A DNA stretch of 25,110 nucleotides from positions 1-25,110 of the forward strand of contig JBFEXS010000020.1 of the NCBI GenBank assembly GCA_041562555.1, given 5' to 3'. Under the pieces are notes generated by a model that saw only the letters and a program-made list of their open reading frames with translations, was not told the DNA's origin and did no database searches. Source of the stretch: Sulfurimonadaceae bacterium. Lineage in GTDB: Bacteria; Campylobacterota; Campylobacteria; Campylobacterales; Sulfurimonadaceae. Position numbers and translations under genes: made by a program. Within the stretch, counting starts at the first letter, position 1, and the number at the start of each line of letters is the position of its first letter. Of this stretch, positions 1-9,060 are shown in pieces.

Positions 1-3
1 AAG

Positions 4-80
4 TGGTGGGTCCTGCGCGACTCGAACGCGCGACCACCCCGTTATGAGCGGGGGGCTCTAACCAACTGAGCTAAAGACCC
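4..80 (-). tRNA. tRNA with CAU anticodon, most likely tRNA-Ile2 (lysidine); elongator tRNA-Met not excluded
   Basis: Reverse complement GGGTCTT TA GCTC AGTTGGTTA GAGC C CCCCG CTCATAA CGGGG TGGTC GCGCG TTCGAGT CGCGC AGGACCC A CCA folds to a full cloverleaf with encoded CCA. The G1-C72 pair and absence of the GGG/CCC anticodon-stem signature exclude initiator tRNA. Confidence 0.95.
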
Positions 81-95
81 ATCTTGAAGGTCGAA

Positions 96-101
96 AGTAT
101 A
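96..101 (-). promoter_or_regulatory. Putative housekeeping-sigma -10 box for the tRNA
   Basis: TATACT on the minus strand 15 nt upstream of the tRNA 5' end, with TAAGC 10 nt further upstream in AT-rich context. Confidence 0.55.
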
Positions 102-167
102 AAGTTTATATGCTTATAGCTATCTAAAAACGGCAATTAAAAATAACTATTTTTTACAAAGTACTCT

Positions 168-1289
168 TTAATTGGCCAAAGGATCAATCAAACGTCGATC
201 AGAATTGTAAAAAAAGGTAAACCTAAATGCCAGAAGGTTTTGCAAGATTGCGATAATAATCATGAAATTGACAAAACTACTCCCGCCATAGGAAAACATT
301 GGCAAAGGAACACCTACAACAGGCGCAAAGCCTATTGTCATAGCAATGTTTACACTCATATAGATAAAGAATAAAAAAGCCAACGACAGACTTACCACCT
401 TTATATAATAATCACTATTGGACCATGAGATCGAGAATAGATGCAGGATCAATGCCGCATAAAGTGCTACCAACAACAAACCACCTAAAAACCCGAATCG
501 CTCAACCACATAGGCAAAAATAAAATCGCTTGAAGCGATTGGCAGGAACTTCATCTGTGTCTGAGTGGAACCCTCTACCGAATTACCCGTAAGACCACCC
601 GAACCAATAGCAATAATCGACTGCTGTACGTGATAGGAAGGCTTTTCACTTAAAAAATCATGTATACGTTTCTTTTGATAATCATGTAACTGTCCATAGA
701 GCAAAGGCGCGGCTAAAAGCAGTGTCACGCCTATGCTTGCCCATATCTTCCAATAGACGCCCACTACGAACAGCACGCCAAACCCAAGGAGTAAAATCAC
801 CATGGCTGTACCCAAATCAGGTTCACGGGCGATAAGATAAAAGGGCAAGAGAATAAAGAAACTCAGTTTGACAAAGGTCTTCAGGCGATATCCATCTTGC
901 GGGGGTGGATGTTTACTGATCAGATAGGCCAACATCAATACAAAGGCGGGCTTGATCAGCTCAGAAGGCTGAAGCGTAAAATTGATCAAAGGCAGTTCCA
1001 ACCAGCGTTTGGCTCCCAAACGGGATATCCCAAAAAACTCCACCGCGATCAACAGTACAATGTTAAGCCAATAAATAAATGGGATCATCCATGAAAAGCG
1101 CCGTATAGGAAAAAGAAAGAAGAATATAAAAGCCATCAGGGAGATCAAGACATACACCGTATGCTTTTGCGCCAGTGCAGGCACGATTTCGGCAATCAAC
1201 ATCCCAGAAACAAGGATAAGCGGTGTGACCAATGCGACAAGGATATAATCGAAATGTGCTATAATTCGGCGATCTATTTTTTTAAACAT
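168..1289 (-). CDS. rodA: Rod shape-determining SEDS protein RodA
   Basis: Multi-TM protein with GAKRWL, LQPSELIKP, EPDLGTA, SYHVQQSIIAIGSGG, DFIF and GVPLPMFSYGGSS SEDS motifs; divergent from rluD as in Campylobacter. Confidence 0.93.
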   Translation of the reverse strand: MFKKIDRRIIAHFDYILVALVTPLILVSGMLIAEIVPALAQKHTVYVLISLMAFIFFFLFPIRRFSWMIPFIYWLNIVLLIAVEFFGISRLGAKRWLELPLINFTLQPSELIKPAFVLMLAYLISKHPPPQDGYRLKTFVKLSFFILLPFYLIAREPDLGTAMVILLLGFGVLFVVGVYWKIWASIGVTLLLAAPLLYGQLHDYQKKRIHDFLSEKPSYHVQQSIIAIGSGGLTGNSVEGSTQTQMKFLPIASSDFIFAYVVERFGFLGGLLLVALYAALILHLFSISWSNSDYYIKVVSLSLAFLFFIYMSVNIAMTIGFAPVVGVPLPMFSYGGSSFVNFMIIIAILQNLLAFRFTFFYNSDRRLIDPLAN

Positions 1290-1295
1290 GTGCGA

Positions 1296-1304
1296 ATTAT
1301 ATCA
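1296..1304 (-). promoter_or_regulatory. Extended -10 promoter (TGnTATAAT) of rodA
   Basis: Minus strand reads TGATATAAT-TCGCAC-ATG: a perfect extended -10 six nt before the start codon. Confidence 0.7.
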
Positions 1305-1375
1305 CTATTTTAAAACGAAGGTGAAACCCCTACCCTTCCTGAAAATCGAACTATCTTAAAACTTGAGGCTTTAGT

Positions 1376-2341
1376 ATGCAAGAAACAAACAATTATATCT
1401 GTCCGACCCCTGAACGTCTCGATAAGTTTCTAAGTGAGGTCTTGGACACTACCCGTAATCAGGTCCTTTCTTTGATCAAAGACGGACATGTCAGTGTGGA
1501 CGGTAAAACCGTACATAAACCGGGTCTCAAACTTAAAACTGAGCAAAAAGTTGTTATAGAGTTTCCAGAACCGGTCATTACCGAACCTATGGAAATAGAC
1601 TTTGATGTTCCTATCCTCTACGAAGATGACGACATCTTGGTCATCAATAAACCCAAAGGGCTCACTGTTCATCCTGCCCCTTCCGTAAAAGAGGCCACGC
1701 TTGTAGACTGGCTTAAACACAAAGGCATTCGCCTCTCGACGATCAGTGGTGAAGAGCGACACGGTATTGTACACCGCCTGGATAAAGGCACTACGGGGGT
1801 GATGGTTGTCGCCAAGAACAATGAGACCCATGAAGCCCTCTCGAAACAGCTTCAAGACCGTACCATGGGACGTTTTTACCTTGCTGTCATCAACATCCCT
1901 CTTAAAGAGAATATCATCGTTGACAAACCCATAGGCCGAAGTTCGACCAATCGTCTCAAGATGGCAGTCGTCGACGGGGCCAAAGCCTCAAAGACAGAAT
2001 TTTCCAAGCTCTATCCTTCAATCGATGAGAAAAGCGAACTCATCGCCTGTAAACTGTACAGTGGCAGGACCCATCAGATCCGTGTCCACCTTGAAAGCCT
2101 TGGCAGAGGGATCATAGGTGACCATTTATACGGATTTAAGAGCAAAGAAGATAAAATCAACGAGATTTTCTTACATGCATATATATTATATTTCATACAT
2201 CCGACATCCGGAAAAAAGATGGAGTTTGTAGCCCCGATTCAAGAAGGCATGAAGAACTACCTAAACGATAATTTTGATATGGAGTTTATCAATGAAGCAA
2301 CTGATCCTGCCAACTTTAGTCGCCACTTTATTGCTCACTAG
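1376..2341 (+). CDS. rluD: RluA-family 23S rRNA pseudouridine synthase with S4 domain (RluD-like)
   Basis: ERLDKFL S4 start, INKPKGLTVHP, catalytic VHRLDKGTTG and GRTHQIRVH; GAGG RBS upstream. Confidence 0.9.
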   Translation: MQETNNYICPTPERLDKFLSEVLDTTRNQVLSLIKDGHVSVDGKTVHKPGLKLKTEQKVVIEFPEPVITEPMEIDFDVPILYEDDDILVINKPKGLTVHPAPSVKEATLVDWLKHKGIRLSTISGEERHGIVHRLDKGTTGVMVVAKNNETHEALSKQLQDRTMGRFYLAVINIPLKENIIVDKPIGRSSTNRLKMAVVDGAKASKTEFSKLYPSIDEKSELIACKLYSGRTHQIRVHLESLGRGIIGDHLYGFKSKEDKINEIFLHAYILYFIHPTSGKKMEFVAPIQEGMKNYLNDNFDMEFINEATDPANFSRHFIAH

Positions 2342-3545
2342 CGGTTGTACTCCTCAGCCAAGTGCTCCCGTAGAACCTACTATAGACCCTACGCTTCCGA
2401 AGGTAAATGTAAACGGACACATCGAATCCATGAGCAGTATCGCTTTCGAATGGAAACCGCTCAAAGACCCGCGTGTCAAAGGCTATTATATCTATCGTAA
2501 TGATCCTGAAGCAAATGATCATGAACTAAGCCGCCATTCCAGTGTAGAAAGCCGGTTTGCCTCACACTTCACCGATACCAAGCTGCAGCCGAACACGACC
2601 TATGTCTACCGTTTTTCAAGCTATGACGAACAGCTACATGAGTCAGATGCTTCTAAAACCTTTAGGGTAACGACCAAACCCGTGCTTACCTCTGTAAGCT
2701 TCTTTGATTCTGTGGGCAATCTGCCTCGTATGGCAAAACTGATCTGGCGTCCTCACGACGATTCGGGAGTCAAAGGATATATCCTGGAACGCCAAACAGT
2801 AGAGAAAGCGGATTGGGAAGAGATAGCCCGCATAGACAATCGTCTTCAAGCTGAATACATCGATACAGACCTCGATGACAACCGTGTCTATAAATACCGA
2901 CTACGGGCAATAACCTATACAAATGTCATCTCTACCCCGAGTGACATCGCCAAAGTAATCACCAAGCCCCTGCCAAAAGAGATCCAAAGTGTACATGCGA
3001 GTACTGATCAACCAAAACGCATCCAGATCACATGGACCGCAGCCAGTGAAATGGACATAGACTACTATAAGATCTACCGCTCAAGCAGCTCCGAGGGCGG
3101 CTACAGTTACCATGCCAAACTCAATGAGACCGAATTTACCGACGAAATTGACGAAGACGGAGAAAACTACTACTACACGATAACTGCCGTTGACAAAGAT
3201 GGGCTCGAAGGTCCGCAACAAAGTTCACCTGCCCATGGAAGTACCCTTGTGAAGCCGGAATCACCAAGTTTCATCGATGCCACTGTAACGAACAACTCAG
3301 CCGTCCTTAGTTGGAAAAACAATGACAGCCGTACCAAAAGCTATACGATCATCAAGACAACCAAGGAGTCCTGGATCAGCTCGACGACCCAAGAGATCAC
3401 AGGTGTGACGGAAACAAATTATACCGTCAACGACCTTCTCCCAGATACACAATACAAATTTCAAGTAATGGCTGTAGATGAGAACGACATCAACTCTGTA
3501 CCGACAGAGCCGGTTGACGTTCTATTCTCTACACCGGATAGATAA
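2292..3545 (+). CDS. flpA: Fibronectin type III repeat lipoprotein (FlpA/Cj1279c-like)
   Basis: ATG at 2292 after GGAG (2281-2284); lipobox LLTSG-C; about four FN3 repeats (W...Y.IYR...LQPNTTYVY, LLPDTQYKFQVMAVD); lies between rluD and trmB as in C. jejuni. Confidence 0.8.
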   Translation: MKQLILPTLVATLLLTSGCTPQPSAPVEPTIDPTLPKVNVNGHIESMSSIAFEWKPLKDPRVKGYYIYRNDPEANDHELSRHSSVESRFASHFTDTKLQPNTTYVYRFSSYDEQLHESDASKTFRVTTKPVLTSVSFFDSVGNLPRMAKLIWRPHDDSGVKGYILERQTVEKADWEEIARIDNRLQAEYIDTDLDDNRVYKYRLRAITYTNVISTPSDIAKVITKPLPKEIQSVHASTDQPKRIQITWTAASEMDIDYYKIYRSSSSEGGYSYHAKLNETEFTDEIDEDGENYYYTITAVDKDGLEGPQQSSPAHGSTLVKPESPSFIDATVTNNSAVLSWKNNDSRTKSYTIIKTTKESWISSTTQEITGVTETNYTVNDLLPDTQYKFQVMAVDENDINSVPTEPVDVLFSTPDR

Positions 3546-3552
3546 GAGATCA

Positions 3553-4719
3553 ATGCCACATATACAAATCAAAGAATTCAAAGAAGCAGTATTTCCTTTC
3601 CACCATAAGGGGATAGACTTCGACTTCATCGCCTCCAATGTAAACTACCCGGATGACAAGCTCATCTGTGTCAAGAGTGAAGACAAACGTTTCTTGCTGC
3701 ACTCCAAAAAAGGGCAGGAAAACTGGCTGCTAAAGAGTGATAAAGTCACTCGGGTTTCGCCAAACATTCATATCAAGAATGCCATCCAAGCCTATGCAGA
3801 TAAAGCCGGGCTGGATATTCTCTTCTCCAATCTTGCACAAAAAGAGATGCATCACAGGGAAAAAGAGTCTGCCCTTAAACCCATCGACTTTTTCGCTAGC
3901 TCTTTTCCAAAAGCCGAAGAGATCTGGATAGAAGTTGGGTTTGGATCAGGGGTACACCTTCTGCATCAAGCTGCCCAGAATCCAGATGTACTGCATATCG
4001 GTATTGAGATTCATAAAGCATCAATTGAGCAGGTACTGAAGCAGATCGCGATTCAGAAACTTGACAATGTATTACTCCTTGACTTTGATGCGAGGCTTTT
4101 TTTAGAGTTTGTACCATCTAACCTTGTCGGACGTATCTTCGTGCATTTTCCCGTACCTTGGGATAAGAAGCCTCACCGCCGTGTCATCTCCCATGCCTTT
4201 ATCTCCGAATCTATCCGAGCCCTTAAGGAGGGTGGAACCCTGGAACTCCGTACAGACAGCGAAAACTACTTTGCCTACTCCTTACAAACATTTTTAGAAT
4301 TAAACCAAAGTGATTTTCAGGTACGTAAAAATCAAAATATCGGTATTATCTCAAAGTACGAGACACGCTGGCGTAAAATGGAGAAGAATATTTATGACAT
4401 CACGTTGACCAATCACGAGATCTCCGAACCTATCGACAACGATTATGACTTTTCTCTTCCTGCAGGATGTAAAGCTGATCTTGAAAGACTGAATGGGACA
4501 ACCGAGCGTTTTGAAAACGGTTTCATCCACTTTGAGCGTCTCTATAAAATCCATACCGGTGGATACCTCATGCGTTTATCCATGGGATCTTTTGACAAAC
4601 CGGAACATTTGTTTATTATTGTCAGTGATGAGCATACGGCCTATTTTCCTGTCGCACCGATTGCCTCGCGTACCAATTTCACTTCTCATCTCAAACTCAA
4701 AGAGCTTTTATATGGATAA
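3553..4719 (+). CDS. trmB: tRNA (guanine-N7)-methyltransferase, long Campylobacterota form
   Basis: IEVGFGSG SAM motif, GIEIH, HFPVPWDKKPHRRV and LELRTD; start reassigned to ATG 3553 (MPHI), just after the flpA stop. Confidence 0.9.
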   Translation: MPHIQIKEFKEAVFPFHHKGIDFDFIASNVNYPDDKLICVKSEDKRFLLHSKKGQENWLLKSDKVTRVSPNIHIKNAIQAYADKAGLDILFSNLAQKEMHHREKESALKPIDFFASSFPKAEEIWIEVGFGSGVHLLHQAAQNPDVLHIGIEIHKASIEQVLKQIAIQKLDNVLLLDFDARLFLEFVPSNLVGRIFVHFPVPWDKKPHRRVISHAFISESIRALKEGGTLELRTDSENYFAYSLQTFLELNQSDFQVRKNQNIGIISKYETRWRKMEKNIYDITLTNHEISEPIDNDYDFSLPAGCKADLERLNGTTERFENGFIHFERLYKIHTGGYLMRLSMGSFDKPEHLFIIVSDEHTAYFPVAPIASRTNFTSHLKLKELLYG

Positions 4720-5383
4720 AGTAATCATCGCTAAAGACCTCAGTCTCTCCTATAATAACAGTGAGACCATCATCAATCAGTGCAGTTTTGATATAAACTC
4801 TGGTGACTTTGTTTTCATTACGGGTGCCAGCGGTAGCGGTAAATCCACTCTGCTAAAGTCTCTTTATGGTGCTTTGGAACCTAAACAGGGGGAACTTTCT
4901 GTTGGCGGAGTTCAGATGAACAATATCAGTACGAAGAAGCTCAACTTTCTGCGTCGCCATATCGGGATCGTCTTTCAGGACTACAAACTCATCAAAGAAT
5001 GGACAATTGAGAAGAATGTCATGCTGCCACTTATCATCTCGGGGTATGCCAAAGATGTCAGTGAAATTCAGGTACAAAAATTGCTAACCCATGTCAAGCT
5101 GAATCATCAACTTGGCAAATTCCCATTGGAACTCAGTGGTGGGGAGCAGCAACGTGTTGCTATGGCAAGAGCCTTGGCGCATAACCCCATCATTATATTA
5201 GCCGATGAACCAACGGGTAATCTTGATGACTATTCATCACAAGTGATCTGGAATCTATTGGAGGGTGCGTGTACGCAACTCAAGACAACCGTGGTTGTCG
5301 TAACACACCATATTCCAGAGACAATGAAGATCGATTATAAGCATTTTCACATCGAATATGGAAGTATCTATGAAGTCTCTTAA
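4712..5383 (+). CDS. ftsE: Cell division ABC ATPase FtsE
   Basis: GASGSGKST Walker [24 protein letters not shown] and [14 protein letters not shown] 4712 overlaps the trmB stop. Confidence 0.92.
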   Translation: MDKVIIAKDLSLSYNNSETIINQCSFDINSGDFVFITGASGSGKSTLLKSLYGALEPKQGELSVGGVQMNNISTKKLNFLRRHIGIVFQDYKLIKEWTIEKNVMLPLIISGYAKDVSEIQVQKLLTHVKLNHQLGKFPLELSGGEQQRVAMARALAHNPIIILADEPTGNLDDYSSQVIWNLLEGACTQLKTTVVVVTHHIPETMKIDYKHFHIEYGSIYEVS

Positions 5384-6182
5384 GAACCATTTTTCGCTCA
5401 TTGCAGCCCTCTTTACCATCCTTTTCACTATACAGATATACCAGGTACTTGAGCGTTCGATCAGCTCCTACGAGGAGACCCTGCGTGCGAATTACTCCAT
5501 CGTAATCATCTCCAATAGTCCACTGGAAGAAGCTGATCTTAAATCACGTTTTTCAATCTTGCGTTCTGTCACGGAGATCTCTCCTGAAAAGGTTATCAAA
5601 CGTCTGGAAGATGAGATGGACAAGACAAGCCTAGGACTTTTGCGTGCCACCCTGCCTAAGTTTTACAAGGTCACCTTAGAGCACTATCCACAGCCCTCAG
5701 AAGTAGAGATTCTCACTTCTCAACTGCAAAACCTTAAGATGATCAAACGTGTTGAGAGCTTTTCACAGACCCATGATCAGATCTATAAACTACTCTTGCT
5801 ATACAAGGGTGTGACTCAGGTATTTGCCTTTGCTATTTTCATTGTCACCCTTTTGCTTATTGCAAAGGAGATGCGTATCTGGCAGTTCCAACATGCTGAA
5901 CGTATGAACATTATGGCACTTTTTGGTGCACCTATCATGCTACGCTCAGCTGTGCTTTTCAGACTTGCCATTATCGATGCCATCATTGCTGCCGGTCTTA
6001 TCTTGGGACTCTTTAGTATTATCGACTCTAACGGATGGGCTGAACCATATTTTTCAGATATGAATATTAATGTCACCATCTTCGATTATGCCAAAGACAG
6101 CTTCATGCATTTTGCGATTGCCTTATCTTTATCTATTATGCTGGCACTGATGCTCATTATCAACCACAAAGAAGAAGTCTGA
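5370..6182 (+). CDS. ftsX: Cell division permease FtsX
   Basis: TM, periplasmic domain, then three TMs; ERMNIMALFGA motif; between ftsE and envC. Alternative ATG at 5358. Confidence 0.88.
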   Translation: MKSLKNHFSLIAALFTILFTIQIYQVLERSISSYEETLRANYSIVIISNSPLEEADLKSRFSILRSVTEISPEKVIKRLEDEMDKTSLGLLRATLPKFYKVTLEHYPQPSEVEILTSQLQNLKMIKRVESFSQTHDQIYKLLLLYKGVTQVFAFAIFIVTLLLIAKEMRIWQFQHAERMNIMALFGAPIMLRSAVLFRLAIIDAIIAAGLILGLFSIIDSNGWAEPYFSDMNINVTIFDYAKDSFMHFAIALSLSIMLALMLIINHKEEV

Positions 6183-7438
6183 TGCGCTTTGTACTTCTGT
6201 CATGCATCATCTTTACCCTGGTCGCTACAGCGAACACTAATATCGATGATAAGATCAAGACGACAAGCAAGCGCCTCAAAAAGTTTGACAAGACCTATTC
6301 CAAGCTTCATAAGAACCTTGCAAATACGGCCAAGCAGATCATCCAGCAAGAAAGAGCGACCCTTAAACAACAGAAAAAGCTGCAGGAACTACAACTGGAG
6401 CTGAGCCTCAAAGAACAAAGATACCAAGAGAACACACAAGAGTTAAAACTTCTCAAAGGCTCTCAAGAAAAACTCCAAAAGACACAGGATCAGCTGCGTC
6501 AAGACCTTGCCTTTATGCTGGCAAAAAATGTCTCGTTATCCCTGATCCTTGATGATGATAAGGCAAAAAACGATAACGCCCTGATTACTGAGGAGGTCTT
6601 TGAATCCCTGAATCAGATCACCCGTGCAAACATCTCCTCCCTACAAGGCAACTTCTCTTCCAACGCCCAAAAAATAGAAGTCATGGAAAAAAAGATCACT
6701 AGACTCAAAGAGGCCATCGAAGAGATCGATGCCAAACGCATAGAGGTTCTGAACATTACCCAGAAAAAGAAGAAGCAGCTTAGTAAACTCAAAAAAGAGA
6801 AAAACAGCTACCGCGCTTCTGTCAAAAAACTACTTAAACAGCAAAACAGTTTGAAGAACGAACTTTCAAAACTCAATATCATCAAAGAGGATGAAAAAGC
6901 CAAACGTATTGCAAGGGAAAAAGAGAAGCAACGTTTAGCTCAACTTGAACAGCAAAAACAGGAAAATGCCACTCGTGCCAAACCGACTAAGAACCTTCCA
7001 GAGGTTAAATCCCGTACCGATGCTTACCATTCGGTCAAAACAAAGAAATATCTTGGGAAAAAGACGATCTCTCCTCTTGATGATTTTACCGTGGTCAAAG
7101 AGTTTGGTCCTTATGAAGACCCTATCTATCATATCAAGATCTTTAATGAATCGATCTCTATGAAACCAAAAGTCACCAATGCAAAAGTCAAAAGTGTACT
7201 TAATGGTAAAGTCATTCTGGCAAAAGAGACCTCATTACTGAACAATATTGTCATTATTGAGCATGATAACGGCATGCATACCATCTATGCCCACCTGGAC
7301 AAGATCGCCCCTACCATCAAAAAAGGAAAACGTCTAAAACGCGGTTCGATCATCGGCAGAGTTAATGATGAACTGATGTTTGAAGTGACACAGAAGAACT
7401 ATCATATAAACCCCTTACACCTGATCGCTTCACGCTAG
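6182..7438 (+). CDS. envC: EnvC-like murein hydrolase activator (coiled coil plus M23/LytM domain)
   Basis: Signal peptide, long K/E/Q coiled coil and C-terminal IIEHDNGMHTIYAHL...FEV...INP domain lacking the canonical HxxxD Zn motif; TGATG coupling to ftsX. Confidence 0.85.
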   Translation: MRFVLLSCIIFTLVATANTNIDDKIKTTSKRLKKFDKTYSKLHKNLANTAKQIIQQERATLKQQKKLQELQLELSLKEQRYQENTQELKLLKGSQEKLQKTQDQLRQDLAFMLAKNVSLSLILDDDKAKNDNALITEEVFESLNQITRANISSLQGNFSSNAQKIEVMEKKITRLKEAIEEIDAKRIEVLNITQKKKKQLSKLKKEKNSYRASVKKLLKQQNSLKNELSKLNIIKEDEKAKRIAREKEKQRLAQLEQQKQENATRAKPTKNLPEVKSRTDAYHSVKTKKYLGKKTISPLDDFTVVKEFGPYEDPIYHIKIFNESISMKPKVTNAKVKSVLNGKVILAKETSLLNNIVIIEHDNGMHTIYAHLDKIAPTIKKGKRLKRGSIIGRVNDELMFEVTQKNYHINPLHLIASR

Positions 7439-7440
7439 AC

Positions 7441-8769
7441 TCAGATCTTTATATCTTTCCATTTGCCCTGGGCAAAAAAATACCAGAACAAGCCCCCTTT
7501 GATAAACGTCTCTGCGATCATGACAATATAGATCCAAAAGATATCCTGTGTGATCGTACTTACATAAACAGCGGGGATCACCCGTAAGAAAAGAAGAGAA
7601 CCCACATTCAGTTTCAATGTCATCTGTGTTGCCCCTGCCCCTCTAAACGCCCCACTAAGTACAAAGACAACCGCTAAGGGAACCTGGGAGATCCCCACCA
7701 GACGAAGGTACACCGAGGCCATCTCTATCGTCTTCAAGTCTTGGGTGAAAAAACTGCAAAAGAATTCCGGTACAAAGATTAAAAAAAGTCCTATAAAGCC
7801 CATGAACCCGGCTGCAATTTTAGTGACAGTTATCGCTTCTGCATGGGCCAGCGATGCGTTCTTCGCTCCAAGCCCCTGCCCGACCAATGCCATTGCTGCA
7901 ATTGAGAATCCAAAGCCGGGCATAAAAGCGATCCCCTCAATCCTAAGCCCCACCTGATAACCGGCCAAGGCTTCCGTACCATATTTGGTGATAACCATGA
8001 CAAAAACCATAAAGGAAAGCACTGAGATAAGACGTTCGATACTGGCAGGGATCCCGATCTTTAGGATACTTTTCATGCTTTCTAATGAGAAATAAGCATA
8101 AAATCTCAAAACACAACTTTTCTGTGAGACCAACACAAAATAGACAATTACGTTAAATCCATAGGAGATCACCGTTGCAATAGCAGCACCTTCTACTCCC
8201 ATTGCCTCAAAACCAAAGTGTCCAAAGATCAGCGTATAGTTTAACAAAACATTCAAGAGTGCGGATACTATTTTAATATATAAGGACACCTTTGTTTTTG
8301 AGGCAGCACTGAGTGCATTAAAAAAGAGTGCATCCAAAAAGATAAGCGGCATGCCCAGTGACAAAACCCCAAAATAGCCAAGACCCAAATCAGCAACATT
8401 CTCCCCCGTTCCCATCCAGAGGTAAAAATCTTTTGCACCAAGGTATCCGATCACCAAGGCAATCAGTGAAAGCCCTAAAGCCAAAAGCAAAATATTGAAA
8501 AAAGCGATATTGGCACGATGGAAACGTTTGCCACCGATATGGCGCGCGATCACTGCATTTCCACCGACGACATACAGGTTCATCACAGCGTTTAGGACCA
8601 TAATGAACTGCATGCCAAGACCGACAGCCGCAAGTGCGACTACCCCCAAAGAGCCAACCATCAAAAGATCTATAATGACCTGTACCATATCCAGAAGGTT
8701 TTTGAGTGCGGCCGGAAGGGCAATAGAAAGGATTTTGGAGAGCGAACTCTTACTTGCTGAAGAAGACAT
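7441..8769 (-). CDS. MATE family efflux transporter
   Basis: About 12 TMs; IALPA...DLLMVGSLGVVALAAVG, LNYTLIFGHFG...GVEGAAIAT and GAFRGAG motifs. Confidence 0.93.
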   Translation of the reverse strand: MSSSASKSSLSKILSIALPAALKNLLDMVQVIIDLLMVGSLGVVALAAVGLGMQFIMVLNAVMNLYVVGGNAVIARHIGGKRFHRANIAFFNILLLALGLSLIALVIGYLGAKDFYLWMGTGENVADLGLGYFGVLSLGMPLIFLDALFFNALSAASKTKVSLYIKIVSALLNVLLNYTLIFGHFGFEAMGVEGAAIATVISYGFNVIVYFVLVSQKSCVLRFYAYFSLESMKSILKIGIPASIERLISVLSFMVFVMVITKYGTEALAGYQVGLRIEGIAFMPGFGFSIAAMALVGQGLGAKNASLAHAEAITVTKIAAGFMGFIGLFLIFVPEFFCSFFTQDLKTIEMASVYLRLVGISQVPLAVVFVLSGAFRGAGATQMTLKLNVGSLLFLRVIPAVYVSTITQDIFWIYIVMIAETFIKGGLFWYFFAQGKWKDIKI

Positions 8770-9025
8770 TGACCTCTTGCATCACTGCAAAAAGTTCTTC
8801 TTTGCTATCACACTTCAACTCTTTTCGATTTGTCGGTACTTCTCCGATAGGATCAAAATCGAAAACGAGTACATAATACGCCAATGTAATCTTGTCTTGT
8901 TTTAGGTCTGCCCATTCCAAAGAAACCTGGGCCGTGTCTCCGCCGGGTACCTCAATGGTAGCCGCAGGATACAGGCGGGTGACCTTCGTTAAATCATACT
9001 CTTCATCTTTGTATCTGTAAATCAT
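8750..9025 (-). CDS. Small acidic soluble hypothetical protein (91 aa)
   Basis: Clean ATG-TAA ORF filling the gap; overlaps the MATE start by 20 bp; -10 box directly upstream. Confidence 0.75.
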   Translation of the reverse strand: MIYRYKDEEYDLTKVTRLYPAATIEVPGGDTAQVSLEWADLKQDKITLAYYVLVFDFDPIGEVPTNRKELKCDSKEELFAVMQEVNVFFSK

Positions 9026-9031
9026 AATGGA

Positions 9032-9037
9032 AGTATA
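9032..9037 (-). promoter_or_regulatory. Putative -10 box for the hypothetical-MATE transcript
   Basis: Minus strand reads GCTATACT-TCCATT-ATG, with no Shine-Dalgarno. Confidence 0.55.
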
Positions 9038-9060
9038 GCTAATTTATATATATACACTCT

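Noticed and set aside
1430..1855. 141-aa minus-strand ORF
   Set aside because: Antisense shadow inside rluD with no recognisable motif.
3553..4719. TrmB much longer than the E. coli enzyme
   Set aside because: The extended form is usual in Helicobacter and Campylobacter, so it is not a new fusion.
8495..8905. 136-aa plus-strand ORF
   Set aside because: Antisense to the MATE and the 91-aa gene; composition typical of a reverse-strand shadow.
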